Assembly: GCF_037157805.1 (NCBI RefSeq)
Contig: NZ_CP089983.1
DNA: 64,000 nt
Source: Pendulispora rubella
GTDB taxonomy: Bacteria; Myxococcota_A; Polyangia; Polyangiales; Polyangiaceae
Direction: 5' to 3' (one strand)
The notes under the pieces were generated by a model. It was given only the letters and a program-made list of their open reading frames with translations, was not told the DNA's origin and did not search any database. Shown here one piece after another: positions 10,426 to 20,703 of the stretch. The first letter of the stretch is position 1; every line of letters begins with the position of its first letter. Position numbers and translations under genes: made by a program.

Positions 10426-10429
<4 letters not shown>
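9215..10429 (-). CDS. FGE-sulfatase (formylglycine-generating-enzyme / SUMF1-like) domain protein with N-terminal signal/lipoprotein sequence
   Basis: ORF 9215..10795 (-) overlaps the ntrC-like gene; probable GTG start at 10427-10429 overlapping the TGA of the upstream regulator (GTGA). Signal VTPPAWVTATATLVLAVATGVAC; FGE motifs GGYYIDALPYPNE, LCTEFEWERACKG, MHGGVWEWT, RGG, GFRCC. Confidence 0.7.
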
Positions 10430-11862
<1,433 letters not shown>

Positions 11863-11925
11863 GGGAAGTAGAGCTTACCATGGTAAAATCCTCGCATGGG
11901 AAGCGGCGCAAACCCCGGGCGCCCG

Positions 11926-12507
11926 ATGACCATCGAAGAATGGGCAACCCTCGATGAGGACGTCGGGGGCGAATTCGTCGACGGGTACCTCGAGGACGAG
12001 GAGATGCCGAGCTTCCTTCATGGATTGGTCAATGGTTGGCTGGTCGAAAACTTGCGTCGGTGGGCACGCCGCCGGGGCGGATTCGTGGCCAGTTCCGACG
12101 CGAAATACGCCGTTTCGGCGACCCGAGGCCGAAAACCCGACGCCGCCGTGTACCTGGACGGGCGCAGGCCGACCGCCGAAGGGCTGATTCACGACCCACC
12201 GGACTTGGTATTCGAGGTGGTATCGCACAACCCGCGCGACGCGCGGCGGGATCGCATCCATAAGCTGCAGGAATACGCCGCCTTCGGCATCAAGCTGTAC
12301 GGTCTCATCGACCCGGCCCTGCGCTCGCTCGAGGTCTTCGAATTGGGCGCGGACGGCCGCTATGTGCGTGCCGTGGGCGCCAGCGAAGGGTGCGTGTCGA
12401 ACATACCGGGGTGCGGCGTGCTTTTGCTCGACCTGGACGAACTCTGGCGGGAGGTCGACGATTTGTTGGCGGCGGAAAGAGACAGCACCGTCGGCACGAG
12501 TGGATGA
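11926..12507 (+). CDS. Uma2-family (DUF820) putative restriction-endonuclease-like protein
   Basis: MTIEEWATLDEDVGGEFVDGYL...DLVFEVVSHNPRDARRDRIHKLQEYAAFGIKLYGLIDP... matches Uma2-family conserved core (PD-(D/E)xK-like). ATG 11926 preferred over upstream ATG 11896. Confidence 0.7.
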   Translation: MTIEEWATLDEDVGGEFVDGYLEDEEMPSFLHGLVNGWLVENLRRWARRRGGFVASSDAKYAVSATRGRKPDAAVYLDGRRPTAEGLIHDPPDLVFEVVSHNPRDARRDRIHKLQEYAAFGIKLYGLIDPALRSLEVFELGADGRYVRAVGASEGCVSNIPGCGVLLLDLDELWREVDDLLAAERDSTVGTSG

Positions 12508-12555
12508 GGCGAATCGCCCTTCCGAGGAAAGCGGCAAGCATGATAGCCCGAAGAC

Positions 12556-13692
12556 ATGAGCGATCTGGTGACCTGGAGCTTTCCGACGACGATTGTTTAC
12601 GGTAATGGCGCGCTTTCCACGCTCGGAGACCACGTCAAGCGCCTCGGCGCGAAGCGGGCACTCGTCGTAGCCGATTCCGGGGTGGTGAAAGCCGGCATCG
12701 TCGCCAACGTCACGGAGACGTTGAAGAAAGCGGGGATCGCGGCGGCCGTCTTCGACGGAGTCGATCCCAACCCGGTGGAGAAGAACATTTTCGACGGCGT
12801 GGAGGCCTATAAGGCCCACAAGGCCGATATCATCATTTCCGTGGGCGGCGGCTCGCCGCTCGATGCGGGCAAGCTGATTGCCCTCAAAACGACGCACGAA
12901 CGCCCGCTGGTCGACTACGACGACGCCACGGGCGGCGATCAATTCATCACGACGAACGTGCCGCCGATCATCAACATCCCGACGACGGCCGGCACGGGCA
13001 GCGAAGTGGGTCGCTCGGGCGTGGTCACCTTGGCCGCAACGGGCCGCAAGACGGTGATCTTCAGCCCCTACTTGCTTGCCAAGGCAGCGATTCTGGATCC
13101 CGCGCTCACGGTGAGCATGCCCGGTCCGGTCACGGCGGCGACGGGCTTCGATGCGCTCACGCATTGCCTCGAGGCCTACTGTTCCTTGGGCGACCATCCG
13201 ATGGCCGACGGCATCGCGCTGGGCGGGCTCGAGCTGGTGGCGAAGTTCCTGGCCCGCGCCGTGCGCAAGGGCGACGATCTCGAGGCGCGCGGGGCCATGA
13301 TGAAGGCCGCCATGATGGGCGCGGTCGCGTTCCAGAAGGGCCTCGGCGCCTGCCATTCGCTGGCGCACCCGCTCTCCAGCGAAAAGGGGCTGCACCACGG
13401 CTTGGCCAACGCCCTCTGCCTTCCGGCGGTGGTCGAGTTCAACCAGTCGACCATCCCCGAGCGCCTCGAGCGGGTCCGCGTCATCCTCGATCCCCGCGCC
13501 GAAACCGCCGCCGACGCCGTGCGCACCCTCCGCTCCGCACTGGGCCTCCCCGGCGGCCTCGCCATGCGCGGCGTCACCACCGCCGACATCCCGAAGCTCG
13601 CCGACAAAGCCATCATCGACGCCTGCCACCGCTGCAACCCCCGCCCCACCACCCGCGAAGACCTCGTCAAACTCTACGAAGCCTCGATGTAA
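12556..13692 (+). CDS. Iron-containing (group III) alcohol dehydrogenase
   Basis: GGGSPLDAGK, metal-binding His motifs (HCLEAY, CHSLAHPL, GLHHG) typical of Fe-ADH; 378 aa. Confidence 0.9.
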   Translation: MSDLVTWSFPTTIVYGNGALSTLGDHVKRLGAKRALVVADSGVVKAGIVANVTETLKKAGIAAAVFDGVDPNPVEKNIFDGVEAYKAHKADIIISVGGGSPLDAGKLIALKTTHERPLVDYDDATGGDQFITTNVPPIINIPTTAGTGSEVGRSGVVTLAATGRKTVIFSPYLLAKAAILDPALTVSMPGPVTAATGFDALTHCLEAYCSLGDHPMADGIALGGLELVAKFLARAVRKGDDLEARGAMMKAAMMGAVAFQKGLGACHSLAHPLSSEKGLHHGLANALCLPAVVEFNQSTIPERLERVRVILDPRAETAADAVRTLRSALGLPGGLAMRGVTTADIPKLADKAIIDACHRCNPRPTTREDLVKLYEASM

Positions 13693-13714
13693 CTCGCGCA
13701 ACGCCGAGGAGAGG

Positions 13715-13848
13715 ATTCACAGGAAGACGGGAAGACAGGAAGGGGTTTCGGCGAGGGCGGCGCGGAACGCTTTTTTTGGGTTTTCAGTTGGCCCACGGGG
13801 CTGATTGGAAACCTCAAAAACTTCCCGTCTTCCCGTCTTCCTGTGAAT
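13715..13848. repeat. Dispersed inverted-repeat element, copy A: 28-bp arms (ATTCACAGGAAGACGGGAAGACAGGAAG / CTTCCCGTCTTCCCGTCTTCCTGTGAAT, 1 mismatch) flanking ~77-bp spacer
   Basis: Read directly from sequence; arms contain tandem GGAAGAC(G) units. Sits between convergent Fe-ADH (stop 13692) and agmatinase (stop 13866). Near-identical arms recur at ~23175-23288 (copy B). Confidence 0.85.
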
Positions 13849-13865
13849 TTCTCCTAGCTTTTCCC

Positions 13866-14906
13866 CTACGTGCGCGACTTCAGGGTCCAGCCGATCATTT
13901 TGTAGAGGATGCGCGCGCCGACGTTGCCGTCCCATTCGTCGTCGCTGTCCGGGGAGGGGGCGACTTCGTTGAGGTCGAAGCCGACGATGCGCTTTTTGGC
14001 TTCGACGACGGCGCGCAGGAGGGCAGAGGCTTCGTGGAAGGCTAGGCCGCCGGGGACGGGGGTGCCGGTGTTGGGGCAGAGCACGGGGTCGAGGCCGTCG
14101 ATGTCGAAGGAGACGTAGACGTCGTCGGGGAGTTCGCGGGCGATGCGGGCGAAATGGTCGTCGATTTGGCCGCGGCGGCGGGAGGCGGCGAGGTCCACGT
14201 CGTAGAAGGTGCGGATCTTCCCGTTGCTGGCGGTGATGCGGTCGTGCTCTTCCTCGCAGAGATCGCGGATGCCCACTTGCACGAGGCGCGCAACGCCGGG
14301 GATCTCGCGGGTGACGCTCTCCATGATGGAGGCGTGCGAGTACTCGAATCCCTCGTACGCGTGGCGCAGATCCGCGTGCGCATCCACGTGCAGGATCCCG
14401 AGGCCGGGGTACGCCTCCGCGTGCGCGCGGATGGTTCCGTACGGTGTCGAGTGATCGCCGCCGACCAGGCCCACGATCTTCTTCCGCGCAATCCAGTGGC
14501 GCGCGGTTTCGTACACGGCGTCGTTCACGCGGCGGCTGACCGCGTTCACCTTGGCCAGGCGCTCGGCCAAGGGCGATCCCGGATCGACCCGCCCGCCCTC
14601 GGCGATGATCGCCTCCGCGTCCACGCGTGCGTCGCCGTTCCAGGCGCGGATTTCTTCGCGTTCGTCGAGCATCGCAATCTTCGCCTCGTACGGGCGACCG
14701 GTCTCGATGTCGAAGAGATCGACCTGGCGCGAGGCCTCCAGAATGGCCTGCGGTCCCTTGTGGGTACCCGCGCGGTACGATGTCGTGACGTCCCACGGGA
14801 CGGGGATCAGGACCACACCGGCTTCCTCGGGCGTGTCGGAAAGGCCGAAAACTCCCGAATCCGCGGGTGCGGCGGCATTCGGATCGAAGGGGCGATCAGA
14901 CGGCAT
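13866..14906 (-). CDS. Arginase/agmatinase-family ureohydrolase (agmatinase-like)
   Basis: Mn-binding motifs GGDHS, DAHADL, SFDIDGLDP; probable start MPSDRPFDP (complement ATG 14904-14906); upstream portion of the 416-aa ORF is probably not translated. Confidence 0.85.
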   Translation of the reverse strand: MPSDRPFDPNAAAPADSGVFGLSDTPEEAGVVLIPVPWDVTTSYRAGTHKGPQAILEASRQVDLFDIETGRPYEAKIAMLDEREEIRAWNGDARVDAEAIIAEGGRVDPGSPLAERLAKVNAVSRRVNDAVYETARHWIARKKIVGLVGGDHSTPYGTIRAHAEAYPGLGILHVDAHADLRHAYEGFEYSHASIMESVTREIPGVARLVQVGIRDLCEEEHDRITASNGKIRTFYDVDLAASRRRGQIDDHFARIARELPDDVYVSFDIDGLDPVLCPNTGTPVPGGLAFHEASALLRAVVEAKKRIVGFDLNEVAPSPDSDDEWDGNVGARILYKMIGWTLKSRT

Positions 14907-14940
14907 GCGCGCTCGTTTAGCATACGGTAGCCTCGGCACC

Positions 14941-16302
14941 ATGCGAGACGGGACGAACCTGAGGGCGGAGTTCGAGGCACGGGGTATTCGCAAGGTGAAA
15001 GTCGGCGGCTTCGACGTCGATGGTGTCTTGCGCGGCAAGTACGTCGCACTCGACAAATTCTGGAGCGCGCTCGAGCACGGATTCGGCTTCTGCGACGTCA
15101 TTTTCGGCTGGGACATCGCGGACGTGCTCTACGACAACGCGAAGGTCACCGGCTGGTCGACCGGCTACCCCGATGCGCACGCACGCATCGACCCCGACAC
15201 CTTCCGCGTCATCCCCTGGGAACCGGACACCGCGGCCTTCCTCGTCGATTTCGTCCAGAAGGACGGCTCGGCCCACGCCGCGTGTCCGCGCTCGCTCTTC
15301 AAGAGCGTCCTCGCACGCGCCCAATCGCGCGGCTTCGATCCGGTGTTCTCCGCCGAGTACGAGTTTTTCATCTTTCGCGAAAGCGCCGACTCGCTGCACG
15401 AAAAGGGCTTTCGCAACCTCACGCCGCTTTCGCCGGGCATGTTCGGCTATTCCTGGTTGCGCGAAGGGCAGCACGCGGAACTGCTCCACGACATCATGGA
15501 CCGCATGGAGGCCTTCGACATTTCCATCGAGGCCCTGCACACGGAAACGGGCCCCGGCGTCTACGAAGTCGCGCTTCGCTACGACAGCGCATTGCGCATG
15601 GCCGACAAAGCGGCGCTCTTCAAAACGGCCATGAAGCAGCTTTGCGCGAACCGCGGACTCTCCGTGACGTTCATGGCCAAGTGGAATGCCGACTTGCCCG
15701 GCTCGAGTGGCCATTTGCATCAATCGCTTTGGCGGCGCAGCGACAAATCGAATGCCTTTTACGATCCGACCGATCCGCAAAAGCTGAGCAAAGTGGCGCG
15801 CCAGTACGTGGGCGGCCAAATCGCCAACATGGCGGCGCTCACCGCCCTCTATTCGCCGACCATCAACAGCTACAAGCGCTACGTCCCCGGCGTATGGGCA
15901 CCCCTCACCGCATCGTGGGGCGTGGAGAACCGGACGTGCGCCATTCGGGCCATCCCGGGCGACGAGAAGTCCACTCGGCTCGAATACCGGCAAACGGCGG
16001 CCGACATGAATCCGTACATTGCCATGGCCGCATGCCTCGGCGCCGGCCTCTGGGGCATCGAGCACGAAGTGGAGCCGCCCGCCGAGGGCAAAGGCGACAC
16101 GTCGGGCGAAAGCTCGGGCTTCCAGAGCTTGCCGCGCACCCTCAAAGACGCCACGCAGCTACTGTCACGCTGCAACGAGGCGCGGGCCATCCTCGGCGAG
16201 CCCTTCGTCGATCATTACGTGCGCACCCGCGATTGGGAGGTGCGCCAGTACGAGCGCATCGTCACCGAATGGGAACTCCGCCGCTATTTCGAGTCGGTGT
16301 GA
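14941..16302 (+). CDS. Glutamine synthetase-family protein (GS catalytic domain; gamma-glutamyl-polyamine synthetase PuuA/GlnA3-like)
   Basis: Start MRDGTNLRAEFEARGIRKVKVGGFDVDGVLRGKYV (beta-grasp) at 14941; catalytic-domain motifs FDPVFSAEYEFFIF, HTETGPGVYEV, NSYKRYVPGVWAP; 453 aa. Divergent from the agmatinase gene (34-bp spacer). Confidence 0.85.
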   Translation: MRDGTNLRAEFEARGIRKVKVGGFDVDGVLRGKYVALDKFWSALEHGFGFCDVIFGWDIADVLYDNAKVTGWSTGYPDAHARIDPDTFRVIPWEPDTAAFLVDFVQKDGSAHAACPRSLFKSVLARAQSRGFDPVFSAEYEFFIFRESADSLHEKGFRNLTPLSPGMFGYSWLREGQHAELLHDIMDRMEAFDISIEALHTETGPGVYEVALRYDSALRMADKAALFKTAMKQLCANRGLSVTFMAKWNADLPGSSGHLHQSLWRRSDKSNAFYDPTDPQKLSKVARQYVGGQIANMAALTALYSPTINSYKRYVPGVWAPLTASWGVENRTCAIRAIPGDEKSTRLEYRQTAADMNPYIAMAACLGAGLWGIEHEVEPPAEGKGDTSGESSGFQSLPRTLKDATQLLSRCNEARAILGEPFVDHYVRTRDWEVRQYERIVTEWELRRYFESV

Positions 16303-17947
16303 CGCCACGCAGATCCTCCTCGGTGCGGGAGGCGAGTTCGCGCTCGCGGGTGGCCGCGAGCGCCTCGGCCCGCGCTTGGAGCGGAATGGCCACGAGCGCG
16401 CGCACATCGGGATTTTCCGGCGCGCCGAGCAGCTGCTCCCAGCGCGCGCGCACCGGTGAAAACGCCTCGAGCGCGCGTTTGCGCTCCAGGGTGCTGCGCG
16501 GCTCGGGGTGAAACAGATCGATCGCGCCGATCGCGATCAAGTGCCGCGCGATGCTCCTATCCCAGGTCGGCTCGAAGAGCACGGCCAGCGGGCGCTCGCT
16601 GGCCAAGGTCGTGAAGCCCCACTCGCTGGGAAGGCCGTTCAAGGCCATGTCGCGGAAAAACGCGGCCAGCTTCGGCTCGCGCGCAAGCTCGCGCACCGCC
16701 GGGCGCGCGTTCAGATGCGCCGTGGAGACCACCGCCAGATCGCCGCGCAGCAAATGCGCCGCCCGCAACGCGGACAGATGCTCCAAAAAGCGCCCATCGT
16801 TCGCCAGCAGCACGGTGCGCGCCGGCAGCCCGCCGAACAGCGCCTCGTGCCAGGCGACCCGGGCCGCGCGCGTGCGCTCCTCGGCGCGCATCGAGGTGTC
16901 GTCGAACAGGACCACGGGGAACGCCAGCTCGAGCAGCACGATCATCGCGGCGCTCGCCGATGCCAGGGGAACCTGCGCGCGATGCACCACGCGCACGAGC
17001 TCGTGCATCGCTGCAGCGGAGAGGAGCGCCAGCCCGGCCACGCCGGCCAACGTCACGGCCCCGAAGTGCGTCGGCCCGACGGCGGTCCCACCGCACGCGA
17101 TCGCCCCGGCGCTCACCGCCACCACCCCCACGAGCCCCGTGGCGAGCGGACGCGCACCCGACGCGAGGAGCGACGCCGCGAGCCCCGCCCCCGCCAGCAC
17201 CAGGGCCAACCACCCGAGCTGCTCGTGCGCCACGAACACGGGGTGCGCCGGCGACGCGTCCATCGGGAACCAAGGCACGGTCGCGAAAAACGCCGTCCGC
17301 GGGCGGCGCAGCACCAAGAGAACGAGGGGCGCCAGCGCCGCGGCGAGCACGGCCAGCTCACGCCGGTCCGGTCGCGCCGGCCGGTGCCCCTGAAGAAACG
17401 CCGTTCCCCCCGCGAGCAGCGCCCCGGCGACGGCCGCCGCCCCCGCCCACGGCTCGTACACCAGCGCCGCCAGCGCGAAAAATCCCGCCGGCGCCGTGCG
17501 CTTGGTCCCCGCCGCCGCCACCGCGAGCAGCACCAAGAGGGCCCCCAAGGTCGCACCACCCGGGGCCATGCCCTCGGTTTGCCAGGCCATCGACAGCGCC
17601 GCCGTCGCCGCCGCGATCGCCGCGACGGCAGGGCCGAGCCACCGCGTGGGCGCGCACGCCGACAGCAGCGCGCGGGCAATCCCGTACATCACCGCCCCGG
17701 CCACCCCGCACACCACGGCGGAGGCCAAGGCCGCCCGAAAGACCTGCGTCCCGATGGGAAGCACGAGAAATGGCGCCGCGATCCAGGCATCGAGCGCCTG
17801 CCAGGGCCCGGCCCAACCCAGCACCACGGTGCGGATCACCCCGCCATCGTGTGCGGCATCGGCCACGTTTTCCGCGTGCAGCACCGCTGTAAGCGCCGGA
17901 AAAACCGCGGCCGCGGCCAGCATTGCCTGCTCGAAACGGGTCCCCAT
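16262..17947 (-). CDS. Polytopic integral membrane protein of unknown function with C-terminal soluble domain
   Basis: Many predicted TM helices (Ala/Leu/Gly-rich) followed by ~200-aa hydrophilic C-terminus; start could be 18001 or the internal Met at 17947. Opposite-strand ORF (16508..17962) is Arg-rich junk, supporting the minus strand as coding. Confidence 0.5.
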   Translation of the reverse strand: MGTRFEQAMLAAAAVFPALTAVLHAENVADAAHDGGVIRTVVLGWAGPWQALDAWIAAPFLVLPIGTQVFRAALASAVVCGVAGAVMYGIARALLSACAPTRWLGPAVAAIAAATAALSMAWQTEGMAPGGATLGALLVLLAVAAAGTKRTAPAGFFALAALVYEPWAGAAAVAGALLAGGTAFLQGHRPARPDRRELAVLAAALAPLVLLVLRRPRTAFFATVPWFPMDASPAHPVFVAHEQLGWLALVLAGAGLAASLLASGARPLATGLVGVVAVSAGAIACGGTAVGPTHFGAVTLAGVAGLALLSAAAMHELVRVVHRAQVPLASASAAMIVLLELAFPVVLFDDTSMRAEERTRAARVAWHEALFGGLPARTVLLANDGRFLEHLSALRAAHLLRGDLAVVSTAHLNARPAVRELAREPKLAAFFRDMALNGLPSEWGFTTLASERPLAVLFEPTWDRSIARHLIAIGAIDLFHPEPRSTLERKRALEAFSPVRARWEQLLGAPENPDVRALVAIPLQARAEALAATRERELASRTEEDLRGVTPTRNSGGVPIR

Positions 17948-18060
17948 CCGGGCCCGAGGTAACCCCAGATCGAGAAACCGTTCCAACTTTCGCGATGACA
18001 CGGCGAGGCATAGAATGCCCGACCCGTTTACCTTTTCATATTTTCGAAGCGAGGTCGGCC

Positions 18061-19947
18061 TTGGCCAGGTTCATCGACGAGCTGAAACGCAACGCGCACT
18101 GCGGACAACTCCGCGCACAAGACGAGGGCAAAGAAGTCGTTCTCTTTGGCTGGGTGGCCAGCTACCGCGATCATGGCGGGTGCGTCTTTGTCGATTTGCG
18201 CGACCGCGAGGGCATCACGCAGCTCGTGTTCGACCCCGATCGCAAGGGCCACGGCGACCTGCCAAAGGCTGCCTACGAGCTGGCCCAGTCGCTCCGCTCG
18301 GAGTGGGTCATCGGCGTGCGCGGCCTCGTCGTGGGCCGCGGCTCGAACAAGAACCCGCGCCTCGCCACCGGCGAGATCGAGGTTCATGTCATCGAGCTCG
18401 GGGTCTTCAACAAGGCGGAAACGCCGCCCTTCGAGATCATCGACGAGCTGGATACCTCCGAGGAAAAGCGCCTCCAGTACCGCTACCTCGACCTGCGCCG
18501 CGCGCCGCTCCAGCGCACGTTGCGCATCCGCCACCGCCTGCACCAGGCCACGCGCCGCTACTTCGACGACAAGGGCTTCCTCGAGCTCGAGACGCCCTTC
18601 ATGGTGAAGTACACGCCCGGCGGCGCGCGCAACTTCCTCGTTCCCAGCCGCACGCACCAAGGGAAATTCTACGCGCTGGCGGAGAGCCCCCAGCTCTTCA
18701 AGCAGCTCTACATGGTGGCGGGCTTCGACCGCTACTTCCAGATCGTCAAATGCTTCCGTGACGAGGACCCGCGCCTCGATCGCCAGCCCGAGTTCACGCA
18801 GATCGACGTCGAGATGTCCTTCGTCAGCCAGGACGACGTCTTCCGCACCATGGAAGGCCTCATCTTCGCGCTGTGGAAGGAAGCGCTGGGCATCGACCTG
18901 CACGATCTCTACCCGGAGGGCCGCTTCCCCGAGATGCCCTTCGAGGAGTCGATGAAGCACTACGGCAACGACAAGCCGGACCTGCGCTTCGACCTGCCCC
19001 ACACGGATCTCACGGGCGTGGTGATCGACCACGCCGGCGGCGGCATCCCCTTCTTCAAGGACATCGCCGACAAGTTCATCAAGGGCACCTACCGCCGCGA
19101 CCTTCCGGCGGAAATCATCAAGGCGCTGCGCGTGCCCGCACAAATCGGCGGCAACTCGCTCTCGCGCACCGAGGTGGACAAGCTCGAGGAGTTCGTGAAG
19201 GGCATGGGCGCCAAAGGCCTGGCGCGCGCCAAGGTCGACGCCGAGGGGAACTGGACGCAGTCGCCACTGGCCAAGACGGTCACGCCGGAGATGCGCAAGG
19301 CCATCAACGAGGCCGTCGGCGCCAAAGACGGCGACTTGATCCTCTTCCAGTTCGGCAAGGAGAGCGTCGTGCAGACGGTCATGGCCAACCTGCGCGTGCA
19401 CCTCGCCAAGAAGCTCAAGTTGATCCCCGAGGTCGGCCACGGCGGGAAGTTCAAGTTCCTCTGGGTCGTGAACCCGCCGCTGTTCGAGTACGACGACGAG
19501 GCGAAAAAGTGGGTCGCCGCCCACCACGCCTTCACGCGCCCTCATGACACCGACGTCGCGTTGATCGACCAGGATCCGGGCAAGGTGCTCTGTCACCGCT
19601 ACGACCTCGTGCTCAACGGCTTCGAGATCGGCGGCGGTTCGATCCGCCTCCACGATCCGGCGGTGCAGGCCAAGGTGTTCGCGGCCATGGGCATCGGTGA
19701 GGAGGAAGCGCGTCAGAAGTTCGGGTTCTTGCTCGACGCGCTCAAGTTCGGCGCACCGCCGCACGGGGGCATTGCCGTGGGCATGGACCGCTTGGCCATG
19801 CTCGTCTCCGGCGCGGAGAGCCTGCGCGACGTCATCCCCTTCCCCAAGACGCAAAAGGGGACGGATTTGATGACCGACGCCCCGACGCGCCCCAGTCCGG
19901 ATCAACTCACGGAGCTTCGCATCCGGGTCATCGACCCCCAGAGCTGA
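18061..19947 (+). CDS. aspS: Aspartyl-tRNA synthetase
   Basis: Near full-length match to bacterial AspRS: ...NAHCGQLR..., FVDLRDREGITQLVFDP, LRYRYLDLRR, motif 2 FQIVKCFRDEDPRLDRQPEFTQIDVE, motif 3 GGSIRLHD, GLDRLAMLV. Start uncertain: TTG 18061 (with GAGGT 7 bp upstream) or ATG 17995. Confidence 0.9.
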   Translation: MARFIDELKRNAHCGQLRAQDEGKEVVLFGWVASYRDHGGCVFVDLRDREGITQLVFDPDRKGHGDLPKAAYELAQSLRSEWVIGVRGLVVGRGSNKNPRLATGEIEVHVIELGVFNKAETPPFEIIDELDTSEEKRLQYRYLDLRRAPLQRTLRIRHRLHQATRRYFDDKGFLELETPFMVKYTPGGARNFLVPSRTHQGKFYALAESPQLFKQLYMVAGFDRYFQIVKCFRDEDPRLDRQPEFTQIDVEMSFVSQDDVFRTMEGLIFALWKEALGIDLHDLYPEGRFPEMPFEESMKHYGNDKPDLRFDLPHTDLTGVVIDHAGGGIPFFKDIADKFIKGTYRRDLPAEIIKALRVPAQIGGNSLSRTEVDKLEEFVKGMGAKGLARAKVDAEGNWTQSPLAKTVTPEMRKAINEAVGAKDGDLILFQFGKESVVQTVMANLRVHLAKKLKLIPEVGHGGKFKFLWVVNPPLFEYDDEAKKWVAAHHAFTRPHDTDVALIDQDPGKVLCHRYDLVLNGFEIGGGSIRLHDPAVQAKVFAAMGIGEEEARQKFGFLLDALKFGAPPHGGIAVGMDRLAMLVSGAESLRDVIPFPKTQKGTDLMTDAPTRPSPDQLTELRIRVIDPQS

Positions 19948-19951
19948 CACC

Positions 19952-20488
19952 ATGCTGCAACGGCCCCCGCATCCCCTCAAGAAACGCGCTCCCTCGATCG
20001 TGCGAGCCGCCACCGTCTCGGCGCTCGCCGTCGGTCTGGGTCTCACCGCACTCGCATCGTGCGGTGAGGGGTCGCACGTGTACGGCGCACGCGCCTACGA
20101 TCGCGCGCGGGGATGCTTGGGGCCGACGCAGACCCTCGACGTCGTGTCGGGGGACGATCCCAGCTCGAACTGTGCGCTCAAGTGCCTCGTCCCGCGGGCG
20201 GGAGAGGCCGTCGTGTACGTGAGCCAGCAATGCCCGCCGTACCCTCCTCAGTTCGACACCAGCGGTCTGCAGTCCGGCTGCGACCAAGCGATTGCCGCCT
20301 TCGAGCGCGGTGACTTTTGCCTCACCGATGGCGGATCGACGCATCCCGGGCCGGACGCTGGCGGGACGAACAACGATGGCGGAACCGCGCAAGACGCGAC
20401 GATCGATGCAGCCAGCGACGCCTCCGACGCGGCCAGCGATGCGCCCGATGGGAGTGATGCGAGCGATGGCAACGTCACAGATGCATGA
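19952..20488 (+). CDS. Small Cys-rich secreted lipoprotein with Asp/Ala/Ser-rich C-terminal tail
   Basis: Signal/lipobox AVGLGLTALASCGEG; 8 Cys; low-complexity tail DAASDASDAASDAPDGSDASDG. ATG 5 nt after aspS stop. Confidence 0.45.
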   Translation: MLQRPPHPLKKRAPSIVRAATVSALAVGLGLTALASCGEGSHVYGARAYDRARGCLGPTQTLDVVSGDDPSSNCALKCLVPRAGEAVVYVSQQCPPYPPQFDTSGLQSGCDQAIAAFERGDFCLTDGGSTHPGPDAGGTNNDGGTAQDATIDAASDASDAASDAPDGSDASDGNVTDA

Positions 20489-20703
20489 CGATGCATGACA
20501 CGGCGATCACGTGAGAGCGTGATCAGTGTCCCCTCCGAACGAGGGTTGGAGCGTATGAAGGTGTACCGTGGCGTCGCACCTTAAGCCTTCTTCCACGCGC
20601 AAATTGCGGTGTGTAGCGAGAGAGCCTGCTACGGTTTGGAGGTCGTAGCAACACGATCGATTCCATCCCCCTTAGCCTTTTGAACACCCAAGGAGGGTTC
20701 GCT

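Noticed and set aside
11875-13701. 608-aa ORF on the minus strand
   Set aside because: Antisense to two well-supported plus-strand genes (Uma2, Fe-ADH); the translation is Gly/Ala/Arg-rich with no motifs. Typical high-GC shadow ORF.
16508-17962. 484-aa plus-strand ORF
   Set aside because: Extremely Arg/His/Pro-rich nonsense translation; the opposite strand encodes a plausible polytopic membrane protein.
18028-20046. 672-aa ORF on the minus strand
   Set aside because: Exactly antisense to aspS, whose translation matches AspRS end to end; the minus-strand product is low-complexity Arg/Ala/Glu-rich.
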